This document shows, in pieces, positions 51,245 through 62,000 of a stretch of DNA of 64,000 nucleotides. The stretch comes from Promethearchaeota archaeon (GTDB lineage: Archaea; Asgardarchaeota; Lokiarchaeia; Sigyniarchaeales; SOKP01), in the NCBI GenBank assembly GCA_016839585.1, contig JAEOTZ010000058.1, forward strand, positions 96,001 to 160,000, in the 5' to 3' direction. The notes below the pieces were generated by a model. The model did not search any database, was not told the origin of the DNA, and saw nothing but the letters and a program-made list of their open reading frames with translations. The stretch's first letter is position 1, and the number at the start of each line of letters is the position of its first letter. Position numbers and translations under genes: made by a program.

Positions 51245-52357
51245 TTGAAAATTCTATTAACAGGTCCATTTGGAAATGTAGGGTTGAGCACTTTAGAAGA
51301 ATTAATTACTAAGAATTACAATATACGAGTATTTGAAATTAAAAACAAGAAAAATAGAAAAGTAGCTAAAAAATTTGAGAATCAAATTGAGATTATTTGG
51401 GGAGATCTACGTAATTATGAAGATGTTGAGAAAGCTGTAAAAAGTGTTGATGTTATTATTCATTTGGCAGCTATTATACCTCCACTTGCGGATAAACTCC
51501 CTGAATTATCAGAAGAAGTAAATGTAGAAGGGACAAAAAATATAATAAAAACTATAAAAAATCAAATTAATAAACCAAAATTAATTTTTACGTCATCAAT
51601 AGCTGTTTATGGTGACCGCAGGAAAAACCCCATGATCAATCTCACGGATCCTCTTAATCCAAGCAAGGGCGATTATTATTCACTTACTAAAATTAAAGCA
51701 GAAAAGATTATTCGAGAATCAGGTATTGATTTTTCAATTTTTAGGTTAACTTACATCACTTCTGTACATAAACTTGAAATGGATCCTTTGATGTTTCATA
51801 TGCCCTTGGATACTTGTATAGAAATCTGCGATACAAAGGATGTTGGATTAGCTCTAGTTAATGCGATCGAATGTAATGAAGTATGGGGTGGTACATTCCA
51901 TATAGCAGGAGGGGAACAGTGTAGAACTACATATCGAGAATATATTAATGATATGATGGAAATTTTTGGCTTAGGTAGGGATTTTTTACCTGAACAGGCA
52001 TATGAACAAAAAGACTTTCATTGTGGATTTATGGATACAGAAAAGTCTCAGAATCTTTTAAGATACCAAAAACACACCCTCAAAGATTATTATGATGAAG
52101 TAAGAAAGAAAGTTGGGCCAAAGAGAATTTTTATGCCAATGGTTAAATGGGCAATTCGTCTAAACCTTTTGAAACGTTCTGAAGCATATAAAAGAAATAA
52201 ATTCTTTAGAAAAAAGATTGGTGCTTTCACTGTGTCTGAGAATAAATTAATAAGAAAGATCCTTTACAATAATTTTAAAAAGATTGATATACTTGAACAA
52301 AAAGTTTATGAATTAGAAAAAGTTATACAATTTTTAACTGAAAAAGATGAATTTTAG
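51245..52357 (+). CDS. NAD-dependent epimerase/dehydratase (extended SDR)
   Basis: TGPFGNVG, HLAA, TSSIAVYG, YSLTK; start moved to TTG 51245 because GGAGG lies just upstream. Confidence 0.88.
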   Translation: MKILLTGPFGNVGLSTLEELITKNYNIRVFEIKNKKNRKVAKKFENQIEIIWGDLRNYEDVEKAVKSVDVIIHLAAIIPPLADKLPELSEEVNVEGTKNIIKTIKNQINKPKLIFTSSIAVYGDRRKNPMINLTDPLNPSKGDYYSLTKIKAEKIIRESGIDFSIFRLTYITSVHKLEMDPLMFHMPLDTCIEICDTKDVGLALVNAIECNEVWGGTFHIAGGEQCRTTYREYINDMMEIFGLGRDFLPEQAYEQKDFHCGFMDTEKSQNLLRYQKHTLKDYYDEVRKKVGPKRIFMPMVKWAIRLNLLKRSEAYKRNKFFRKKIGAFTVSENKLIRKILYNNFKKIDILEQKVYELEKVIQFLTEKDEF

Positions 52358-52643
52358 ACCTATTTGAACAAAAGGAGCAATATTAAAGGTTTTATTTAGA
52401 CAAATCTTTCAAATGAATCTGTAATTGATTATTTTTTAAAAAATTTTTTTTATTCCTTTTAATTTTCTAAATTAAAATTTTCTGTATGGTATATTTCAAT
52501 TAAAAATATTAAACTGGATAATGGATTTCCCTTATCTTGATAAATGAATAAATTTAAAAATTTAAATACCATAAAGATTGTAATAGTTAAAAATAGAAAT
52601 TATTGAGTTTGAAAGAGTAATTGAGGTGAAAGGGGAAAGGAGA

Positions 52644-54584
52644 ATGAAAGATGAGAATAATCATCGGATTGGATACTATGCTTGTCAGTGAGGTATAAAT
52701 ATTAAAGGTAAAGTGGATTGCGGTAAACTAGTAGAATTTGCTAAAGAGATGGACGATGTCGTCATTTCAAAGAGCCATGCCTTTTTGTGTACTGAAAGTG
52801 GCCAGAATGAAATTATAGAGGATATAAATGAAAAAAAATTAACCAGTATAGTTGCTTCTGCTTGAACACCTCGAACTCACGAACCTATTTATCGAGATTC
52901 AATTGCAAAAACAGATCTAAATCCATACTACTTTCAAATGGTTAATGTAAGAGAACATTGCTCATGGTGCACTGAAAGTAAGGAAGAGGCATTAGAAAAA
53001 GCAAAAATCTTAGTAAGGAGTGGAATCGAGAGAGCTAAAACTTTAGAAGTGGTACCTATTAAAACAGTTCCGGTAGAAAAAGCCACTTTGGTAGTTGGAG
53101 GAGGAATTGCAGGAATGAATGCAGCTTTAGATCTTGCAAATGCAGGAATAAAAGTCTATTTAGTTGAGAGTAAAACGACAATTGGCGGAAGAATGGCTCA
53201 ATTAGATAGAACATTCCCTACAGATGACTGTGCCATATGAATTTGCGGTCCAAAAATGCTAGAAGCCAATAGAAATGAAAATATTGAAATTCTCAGTTAT
53301 GCTGAAGTGAAAAATGTAGAAGGTTGCGTCGGAAACTATGAAATAGCTGTGGAAATGAAACCACACTTCGTAACAAATGACTGTAATGGCTGTGGAGCGT
53401 GTTCAGAAGTTTGTCCTGTTTACACTTCTAACTATTTTGATGAGAATCTTGGAGCTCGTAAAGCTATTGATATTGCTTTTGGTCAAGCTGTACCCTTCTT
53501 ATACGATATTCAAAGAGATTGTTGCGTGGAATGTTTTAGTTGTGTAGAAGCCTGTGAACTAGACGCTATAGATTTTAGTCAAATACCAGAAGAAGTGAAA
53601 TTTAAGGTAGGTACTATCATTATTGCCACGGGGTGGGATATCTATGAGCCTTATGGTGAATATGGCTATGGTGAATTCGATAACGTAATTACACAAGCCC
53701 AATTAGAACGAATGTTGGCACCTAACGGTCCATTAGAAGGCCATGTAAGGAGAATTTCAGATAATAAAAAACCAAAAGAAATTGTATTTATTCAATGTGT
53801 TGGAAGTAGAGATACGGAAAGAACTTATTGTAGTGGCGTATGCTGCATGTTAGCACTTAAGAATGGGAAACTGATAAAAGAAGAATTTCCCGACGCAAAT
53901 ATTACTATTTGTTATATAGATATGCGAACTAACGAAAAAGGTTTTGAAGAATATTATCAACGAGCGAAAAACTCCGATATTCGTATGATTCGAGGTAAAG
54001 TAGGTGAGATATCTGAAGATCTTGAAACTAAGGATGTCAAAATACGCGTATACTCCTCTTTAACGGATGAAATTATTAAAATTGATGCTGATTTAGTTGT
54101 ATTGTCTAGTGCAGCATTACCTTCAAAAGGGACAGAACAAATTGCTAAAGTACTGAATTTGGATGTAGATCGAAATGGATTTCTAACTGAGAGCCATTTT
54201 GGACTTATGCCACAAGAAACAAAGACAAAGGGTATTTTTATTGCCGGCTTTGCTCAAGGACCGAAAGATATTTCATATTCTGTCTCTCAAGCTAGAGCTG
54301 CAGCAAGTAAAGTCGCAGAATTAACAGCTCCAGGAAAAGTAGATATTGAATTAATAACTGCGGAAATAGATAAAGATTATTGTATCTCTTGTAGAAGATG
54401 TGAAAAAGAATGTCCTAAAGGTGCTATTAAAATTGTTGATATCGAAGGAGCTATTGTTGACGAAATAAATTGTGATGGATGTGGTATATGTGCTACTTGC
54501 TGTCCTACGCAGGCTATTGATATACGATATTATAGAGATTATCAATTATATGCTGAAATTGAGGGGATATTAGGAGGTGATTAA
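52644..54584 (+). CDS. hdrA: Selenocysteine-containing heterodisulfide reductase subunit A (646 aa, 3 Sec)
   Basis: One frame from ATG 52644 (RBS upstream) to TAA 54584 with in-frame TGA at 52689 (CQU-GINI), 52863 (SAU-TPRTHE) and 53238 (DCAIU-ICGPKM); the paralogue at 59057 has Cys at all three. Confidence 0.92.
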
Positions 54585-54588
54585 ACAG

Positions 54589-55032
54589 GTGGATAATAAT
54601 TTAAACATACTAATGTTTGCTTGTTTAAAATGAGGATATGGTGCTGCTGATCTAGCGGGTGTGTCACGTTTTAAATATACACCTTCGGTTAAAATAATAA
54701 AGGTACGATGCACTGGACGAGTTGATGTAAAACATATCTTATATGCGGTTAAATCTGGAGCTGATGGTGTTATGGTGGTTGGATGACGACCAGATGAATG
54801 TCAATTTAAGAGTGGAAATTTTAAAGCTCAGACTCATGTTGATTTAGCGAATAGGATCTTAGATCGAAGAGGTTTTGGAAATCAAAGAGTCAATCAATAT
54901 TGGCTGAGTAGTGCTGAATCTGAAAAATTGGTGAAGAGTGTGGAAGATACTCTTGAGAAAATTAGAAAGATTGGACCCAATCCATTAAACTTACAAGAAA
55001 TAAAAGGAGTAAAAAAAGGAAAAATCCATTAA
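54589..55032 (+). CDS. vhuD: Selenocysteine-containing MvhD/VhuD [2Fe-2S] subunit (147 aa, 2 Sec; absent from ORF track)
   Basis: GTG start 8 nt after GGAGGTGA; FACLKU-GYGAADLAG (TGA 54631), RCTGRVD, VVGU-RPDEC (TGA 54784); Cys paralogue at 62162. Confidence 0.92.
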
Positions 55033-55034
55033 CT

Positions 55035-55102
55035 ACTCCCATAGAATGATTCTTATAAAAAAATTATTGTTATAAGAGAACTATCCACGCGATGGAGGGA
55101 GT
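55035..55102 (+). promoter_or_regulatory. Candidate eukaryote-like SECIS element (3' UTR stem-loop)
   Basis: ACUCCC/GGGAGU outer helix, AUAG/CUAU helix, AUGA (55046-49)...GA (55078-79) core, UCUUAUAA/UUAUAAGA upper stem, A-rich apical loop; starts 2 nt after the vhuD stop. Confidence 0.75.
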
Positions 55103-55155
55103 TTTAAAAAATTTATAAAAAAGTTATAAAAAATTATTATAAAATTGAAGGAAAT

Positions 55156-56661
55156 ATGGTTCAAATAATAAATAGTAAATTGTTCGAAAAAATCTCTCCT
55201 AATGATTTGATCGAAGCTACATATAAAGCTTCAGGAAATTTCCAAGTAAGAGCATTTTTTGAAGCTAAAGATGAAATCTTAAAAACAGGCAAATATACAG
55301 AAGAAGAATTCTATGAAATCTTAGATGGAATGGTTGATGCAGAAACTGAACGATACTTAATTTTAAATAAAGTAAAGGGAAAGAAACCTCTTTTTTTAGA
55401 AGAAATTGCTGAAATAATCAAAGAATTTCCTCCTGAAAATGTAATAAGAGATATCATTTACTTAAAGGAACAAGGATATATTGAGGAACATATTGAGATT
55501 AAAACTAAAACTGTTATAAAAAAAATTAAGGGAGAAGAAAAGGAAGTTGAAGAAAAAGAATATTTTTATAGATATCAAGTAAAGGAGCTTCCAGATAATT
55601 TTATTGAACATTATTTTGAACCAATTTCTATTGTATATGATGCTGGTGTATGTTGTCAATGTGGATGGTGTGCTTCTATTTGTCCTGTCAATGCAATTGC
55701 AGTCACTGCAGACACTCTTGAGATAGATGATGAGGTTTGTATGAAGTGTGGATTATGTTATTCTGTTTGTCCTCGTTCCTTTTCAATTGAACAAGCTTTA
55801 TTGAGTATGAAAAAAATTGATAAATCTCTTCAATTTTCTGAAAAGATTAACGGATATCTTAATACATATTCAGCCACAACAACTAAAGATAAGATTAAAA
55901 AAGTACGCCAAGATGGAGGAATAGTAACCTCCTTACTTGAGTATTTATTAAAGAATAAATTAGTTGATGCTATTGTAGCAGTGCAACATTCAAAAGATTT
56001 CTGGAAACCAGAACCTGTTATTGTAGATAATTTAAACGATTTGTATAAAACGGGTGGAACTAAATATGCAAATGCATCGACTTTAGCTATTATAGGTCAA
56101 ACAAAAAATTATAAGAATATAGCTGTTGTTGGAACACCATGTATGATTAATGCAATTGAAAAAAGTAATTTATTTCCAACTAGAGTACCTTTTTTCAACA
56201 ACATTAAATATAAAATTGGGCTTTTTTGCATGGAATCTTTTCCTTATGAAGGTGTGCTTAAACTAATCAAAGAGCAATTTGATAAAGATTTTACGAAAGT
56301 AACAAAGATGGATATAAGCGGTGGAAAATTTATCATTTATTTGGATTCAGGGGAGGATTTAAGAGTCCCCCTTAATAATGTTAAATCCTATGCTCGAGCC
56401 AATTGTCATTATTGTGAAGATTTAACTTCTGATTATGCAGACATTTCTGTAGGCTCAATAGGCTCTCAAGCAGGTTGGTCTTCCGTTATCACTCGTTCAA
56501 AGAAAGGTGAAGAAATTTTCCAAGGAGCTGTTGAAGTAGGTTTAATTGAGTTTCAGAATCTAAAAGATGTTAAACCAGGACTAGGTCTTTTAGAAAGAAT
56601 TGCTGATACTAAAAGAAAAAATTGTAAACCAATTGAATTAATTAAAAATCAAAAAACTTAA
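55156..56661 (+). CDS. FrhB/FdhB-family F420-binding subunit with N-terminal helical/winged-helix extension and 2x[4Fe-4S] domain
   Basis: CCQCGWCASICP, CMKCGLCYSVCP, QDGGIVT, GGTKY, VGTPC, IGLFCM, CHYCED. Confidence 0.9.
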   Translation: MVQIINSKLFEKISPNDLIEATYKASGNFQVRAFFEAKDEILKTGKYTEEEFYEILDGMVDAETERYLILNKVKGKKPLFLEEIAEIIKEFPPENVIRDIIYLKEQGYIEEHIEIKTKTVIKKIKGEEKEVEEKEYFYRYQVKELPDNFIEHYFEPISIVYDAGVCCQCGWCASICPVNAIAVTADTLEIDDEVCMKCGLCYSVCPRSFSIEQALLSMKKIDKSLQFSEKINGYLNTYSATTTKDKIKKVRQDGGIVTSLLEYLLKNKLVDAIVAVQHSKDFWKPEPVIVDNLNDLYKTGGTKYANASTLAIIGQTKNYKNIAVVGTPCMINAIEKSNLFPTRVPFFNNIKYKIGLFCMESFPYEGVLKLIKEQFDKDFTKVTKMDISGGKFIIYLDSGEDLRVPLNNVKSYARANCHYCEDLTSDYADISVGSIGSQAGWSSVITRSKKGEEIFQGAVEVGLIEFQNLKDVKPGLGLLERIADTKRKNCKPIELIKNQKT

Positions 56662-56665
56662 TTGA

Positions 56666-57775
56666 ATGATTTTTATGAGTGTAAAAACATTTCAAGATTT
56701 AATAACAGAAGTTCATGAGAGAGGAATATGTCAAGAATGTGGAGGCTGCGTAAGTTTTTGTAGTTCAGCTGAGTATAATGTTATTGGTCTCAAAGATCCA
56801 TATAAACCTCCTGAATATATTAATAAGGAAAAATGTCTTGAATGTGGAATTTGCTATTATATATGTCCTCAGACTCATATTTTGGATAATGAGCTTAATA
56901 AAACGTATAAATTTACTGATTATTCTTCAATGCCAATAGGGTATTATGAAGATATTTACTCTTGTCAAGCTACTGACGCGGACTTTTTGAAATATGGAAC
57001 TGATGGTGGGGTTGTAAACTCTATTATAAATTTTCTAATAGAGAAGAAGTTAATTGATGGTTCTGTAGTTTCCAAAACAGAGGCTCCGTTTTCTAGAGAA
57101 GCTACATTTGCGAATAGTAAAACTGATTTATTAAAAGCTTCTGGAGCTAAATTAGATATTTCAGCTCAATTGGATGAGATCCAAAAGTTTTGCACATATA
57201 CTCATTCGATTCCTAAATTGAATCATTATAAATTCAAAAAATTAGCAGTCGTAGGTACACCTTGTCAGATTTATACAATGAGATGTATGCAAGATTTAGG
57301 GGTAACTCCTTCAGAAAATATTGAAATATGTCTTGGACTCTTCTGTTATGAGAATTTTTTATTTGATATCTCCAAAATTACTAAACTTGAGAAAGATTTC
57401 AATATAAAATTTACAGATATTGAAAAAATCAACATCAAGGAAGATTTAATTTTTAGATTAAAAGGTGATAAGGTAATTCATGTACCTTTTAACCGATTAA
57501 AATATTTTATGCGCCCTGCTTGTAATGCATGTGGTGATTTTACAAATATCTATGCAGATATTTCTTTTGGAGGTCTAGGTTCTCCTGATAAATATACTAC
57601 TGTTATAACTCGAACAAAAAAGGGAAAAAATATCTTTTCCAGAGCATTAGATGCGGGTGTAATTAAAAATTTAGATTTAAATCAGGCAAAAAAGAAAAAA
57701 ATGTTTGATTTAATTAGCCAATATTCTCAATCAAAATTAAAACGTCAAGAAAAATTTATGAATAACCTAAAATAG
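56666..57775 (+). CDS. FrhB/FdhB-family F420-binding subunit
   Basis: CQECGGCVSFC, CLECGICYYICP, TDGGVV, VGTPC, LGLFCY, CNACGD. Confidence 0.9.
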   Translation: MIFMSVKTFQDLITEVHERGICQECGGCVSFCSSAEYNVIGLKDPYKPPEYINKEKCLECGICYYICPQTHILDNELNKTYKFTDYSSMPIGYYEDIYSCQATDADFLKYGTDGGVVNSIINFLIEKKLIDGSVVSKTEAPFSREATFANSKTDLLKASGAKLDISAQLDEIQKFCTYTHSIPKLNHYKFKKLAVVGTPCQIYTMRCMQDLGVTPSENIEICLGLFCYENFLFDISKITKLEKDFNIKFTDIEKINIKEDLIFRLKGDKVIHVPFNRLKYFMRPACNACGDFTNIYADISFGGLGSPDKYTTVITRTKKGKNIFSRALDAGVIKNLDLNQAKKKKMFDLISQYSQSKLKRQEKFMNNLK

Positions 57776-57824
57776 AGATGAGCTCACAATAACAGAATCA
57801 AAAAGAGATATTGAACGGAAAAAA

Positions 57825-59060
57825 TTGTATAATGATACATTAGATTATTTAGAAAAGATATATGAACCAGATTTAAGAAATCTTCTAAAAAGATGCTATC
57901 AGTGTGGACGGTGTAGTGGAGTATGTCAATTAAGTAAAGTTCAAAAATATGCACCAAGTAAAATAATTGAACTAATATTAGAAGGTTTTGAAGATAGAGT
58001 ACTAGAAAGTGGCGAATTGTGGGATTGTTTAACTTGTAATCAATGTCTTAAGGATTGTCCCGAAGACATTAATTTCGCGGATATCGTAAGGATTGCAAGA
58101 TATAAAATGAGACATTTTGCTAATCAAAATCCTGACGAAATTGTTGCTCATAAAGGGATTTATACAACTATTTCTGAAATCATGAGTCGTCCCTATATAA
58201 CGCCAGAAAGATCACTTGACTGGGTTCCAAAAGGATGTAAAATATCAGATAAAGGCAATGTATTATATTATGTAGGGTGTTTACCTTTTTTTAATTATGA
58301 ATTTGAGAATTTAGATTCAATTGCGACAAGCACATTAAAAATATTATGTCAAATTGAAAAAGAACCTATTGTAGTATTTAAGGAAGAAAATTGCTGTGGT
58401 CATGATATTTATTGGGGTCAAGGTAAATTGAAAACCTTTATAAAGCTCGCTATGAAGAATATGGAGATGTTTGAAAAAGCAGGTATATCCAAAATTGTAA
58501 CCGCTTGTGCTGAATGCTATAGGACATTTAAAGTTGATTATCCTAATATATTTGAAGATTTTAATGATAAATTTGATGTGAAACACGTTATTGAATATAT
58601 TTATGAAAAATGGAAAGAAAATCTAATTCAATTTCATAATCCAAATAAAAAAAGTGAAAAAATACCTTTCACATATCATGATCCATGTAGGCTAAGTAGA
58701 TTTTTACCTAAAGATAATAATATTATGGAAAAAGTTCGAGAGATCTTTAAAGAATTCAAAGACTTAGGTTATGATTTTAATGAAATGGAACATAATCAGA
58801 AAAACGCTTTATGTTGTGGAGTAAGTTCTTGGATGAATTGTAATGAAAAATCTAAAGCACTAAGATATAAAAGAATGTTAGAAGCAAAATCAGCGGGAGA
58901 TATAATGGTTACTTCCTGTCCAAAATGTAGAATACATCTTAGCTGTCTTCAGGATGATTTTGAGGATATTGCTTCAATTGAAATTTTAGATTTTTCAGAA
59001 TTTCTAATTAACCATATAAAGTTAATAAAACCTGATATAAAAGGTGAGGAAAAGAAATGA
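57825..59060 (+). CDS. HdrD-like protein (HdrC-type ferredoxin fused to CCG domains)
   Basis: CYQCGRCSGVC, CLTCNQCLKDCP, CCGH, ACAEC, YHDPC, CCG, SCPKC. Confidence 0.88.
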   Translation: MYNDTLDYLEKIYEPDLRNLLKRCYQCGRCSGVCQLSKVQKYAPSKIIELILEGFEDRVLESGELWDCLTCNQCLKDCPEDINFADIVRIARYKMRHFANQNPDEIVAHKGIYTTISEIMSRPYITPERSLDWVPKGCKISDKGNVLYYVGCLPFFNYEFENLDSIATSTLKILCQIEKEPIVVFKEENCCGHDIYWGQGKLKTFIKLAMKNMEMFEKAGISKIVTACAECYRTFKVDYPNIFEDFNDKFDVKHVIEYIYEKWKENLIQFHNPNKKSEKIPFTYHDPCRLSRFLPKDNNIMEKVREIFKEFKDLGYDFNEMEHNQKNALCCGVSSWMNCNEKSKALRYKRMLEAKSAGDIMVTSCPKCRIHLSCLQDDFEDIASIEILDFSEFLINHIKLIKPDIKGEEKK

Positions 59061-62000
59061 TGGAAGGTTCTGTTTTAGTTATAGGTGCTGGAATTGGTGG
59101 AATCCAATCCGCTTTAGATTTAACTGAATTAGGCTTTAAAGTCTATTTAGTGGATAGAACTCCCTCAATTGGAGGTCGTATGGCTCAACTTGATAAAACA
59201 TTTCCTACAAATGATTGCAGCTTATGTATTCTTGCCCCTAAAATGGTAGAAGTATTTCGAAATCCAAATATAGAATTAATGACGTATCATGAAGTGCAAA
59301 AACTTGCTGGTAAACCAGGAGATTTTACTGTTACTGTTCTTAAAAAACCTCGTTATGTTGATGAAATAAAATGTAAAGGATGTGGAGATTGTGCCGCTAA
59401 ATGTCCAAAAATAGAGGTACCTAATCTCTTTGACATGAATTTAGGTAAGAGAAAATCAGTATATATTCCTTTTCCTCAAGCAGTTCCTCCAGTCTATCTA
59501 ATAGACCCTGAATTATGTTTGAAACTTACTAAGGGGGTATGTGGTGTATGTGCTAAAGTATGTCAAGCGGAGGCTATTGATTTTGATCAAAAACCTCAAG
59601 AAATAGAATTAAAAGTTGGAGCGATTGTAGTTGCTACTGGATTCGATATGCCTGCAAAAAATTTATCTTCACGGTGGGGTTATCATTATGAAAATGTAGT
59701 AAGCGCTCTTGAATACGAAAGGATTTTGTGTGCCTCTGGACCATTTGGTGGTCATGTTTTAAGACCAAGTGATCAGAAAGAACCTGAAAAAATAGCTTTT
59801 ATTCAATGCGCAGGCTCAAGAGATTTGCATGAGGGGGTGCCTTATTGTTCTAGTGTTTGTTGCATGTATACTGCTAAAGAAGCAATAATAACGAAAGAAC
59901 ATTCTGATAACTCACAATGTTTTGTATTTCGACATGATATCAGAGCATTTGGTAAAAATTTTTATGAATTTACGCAAAGAGCACAAAAAGAATATGGAGT
60001 AAAATATTTTCAAACTAAGATAAGTAAAATAGTAGAGGATCCGGAGACAAACGATTTAATTATTCATTATGAAGATTTAAAAACAGGTACATTTCATGAT
60101 TTTCAAGCTAATTTAGTTGTATTAGCGACTCCTTTAGTCCCCTCCACAGGATCTAAAGATTTAGCAAAGATTTTAGAAATAGAACTGGATGAATATCACT
60201 TTTTCAAAGAAAAAGATTATTTTAATAAATCTAAATCAACTAAAGATGGAATATATTTATGTGGATTCTGTCAAGGTCCGATGGATATACCAGAAACTGT
60301 TGCTGATGCAAGTGGAGTAGCAGGTCAAGTTGCAGCATTCTTGAATTCTGTTAAATTTGATCATATAAAAGAGAAGTTAGAAGTTCCCGAATTAGATATA
60401 AAAGCTACTGATGAACCAAGAATAGGGGTTCTAATCTGTCATTGTGGAATTAACATAGGTAAATATGTTCATGTACCTCTACTTGCTGAATATGTAAGAA
60501 CTTTGCCTAATGTAGTTCAATGTGAAGATAATTTATACTCATGTAGCTCTGACTCGCAGACACGAATTAAAGAATTAATTAAAGATCACAAATTAAACCG
60601 ATTTATTGTTGCTTCTTGCACACCAAGAACCCATGAAGCTTTATTTCAAGAAACCTGTCAAGAAGCAGGTTTAAATAAATATTTATTCGAAATGGTTAAT
60701 ATTAGAGATCAATGTTCTTGTGTTCATATGGACGATGCAGAAGCAGCAACCCAAAAAGCTAAAGATTTAATAAGAATGTCTGTTGCTAAATCAAGATTAT
60801 TAAAACCTCTGAAAGAAGAATTATTAAAGATTACTCCAACCTCATTAATTATCGGCGGTGGAATTGGTGGAATGAGTGCAGCCTTAAACATTGCTGAACA
60901 AGGTTTCAAAACATTTTTAGTAGAAAAAGAGAGCTTTTTAGGAGGAAATTTGAATTACCTAAATGTGTTATACCCCATTGAAGAAAATGCTTCAGACTTC
61001 TTAAATGAGACTATCGAAAAGGTTAATCATAATAAAAATATTCAAATCTTCCTAAATGCAAAAATTGGAGATATTAAAGGATATGTTGGTAATTACATCG
61101 TATCTATTGTTGATTCAAAAAATGAAACTCACGAATTAAGTATAGGAACTATAATTGTAGCTACTGGAGGTAAAGAATATAAACCTAAAGATATGTTTCA
61201 GTATAAAAAAGAGAATAAAAATGTCATAACCCAATTAGAACTAGAACAAAAACTAAAAGAAAAAGGGAAATCTTGGCTTGATGATATAAATAGAATAACA
61301 ACAATTCTGTGTGTAAATGCACGGCAAGTTGAAGGAATAACCTATTGTTCTAACATTTGCTGTGGGAATTCTATTAAAAACATTGGACTCTTAAAAAAGT
61401 TAAAGCCTGAACTTGAAATTGCGGTACTTTATAGAGATCTTCAAATGGCTAAGAAAAAGTATGAAGAGTATTATCGTGAACGTAGAAAAGATGCTATATT
61501 TTTAAGATATGACTTGGATAATATACCAATCATCAGTAAAGTAAACAAAGATCCAGAAAAATACAATATAAAATTTTACGATACTAATCTCCAAGATTTC
61601 ATAGAATTTAATACAGATTTAATTGTATTATCAACTCCTATGATTCCGGCGGATAATTTGGAAGAATTAGCAAAAATGCTTAAAGTTCCTTTAGATAGAA
61701 ATGGTTTTTTCCTAGAAGCCCACGTAAAATTAAGACCATTAGATTTTGCCACAGATGGAATTTTCTTATGTGGATGCGCACAATGGCCAAAAAATATACA
61801 AGATACTATTTCTCAAGCAAATGGAGCTGCGGGTAGAGCAAGTAGATTTTTAAGCGCCAAAGAAATTAAAACTTCGGGAATAGTTGCAGAAGTAGATCCA
61901 GTAAATTGCATTGGGTGTGGAAAATGTGAATCAGTATGTCCTTATAACGCTATTGATATTTTAGAATCTGCAAAAGATTATGAGGAAGTAAGCTTAATTG

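Noticed and set aside
52938-54584. ORF-track entries 52938-53240 and 53256-54584 as separate genes
   Set aside because: They are in-frame fragments of the single Sec-containing hdrA
52644-55032. hdrA/mvhD as pseudogenes with nonsense mutations
   Set aside because: All five interruptions are TGA (never TAA/TAG), all fall on conserved Cys positions, there are no frameshifts, and a SECIS-like hairpin follows
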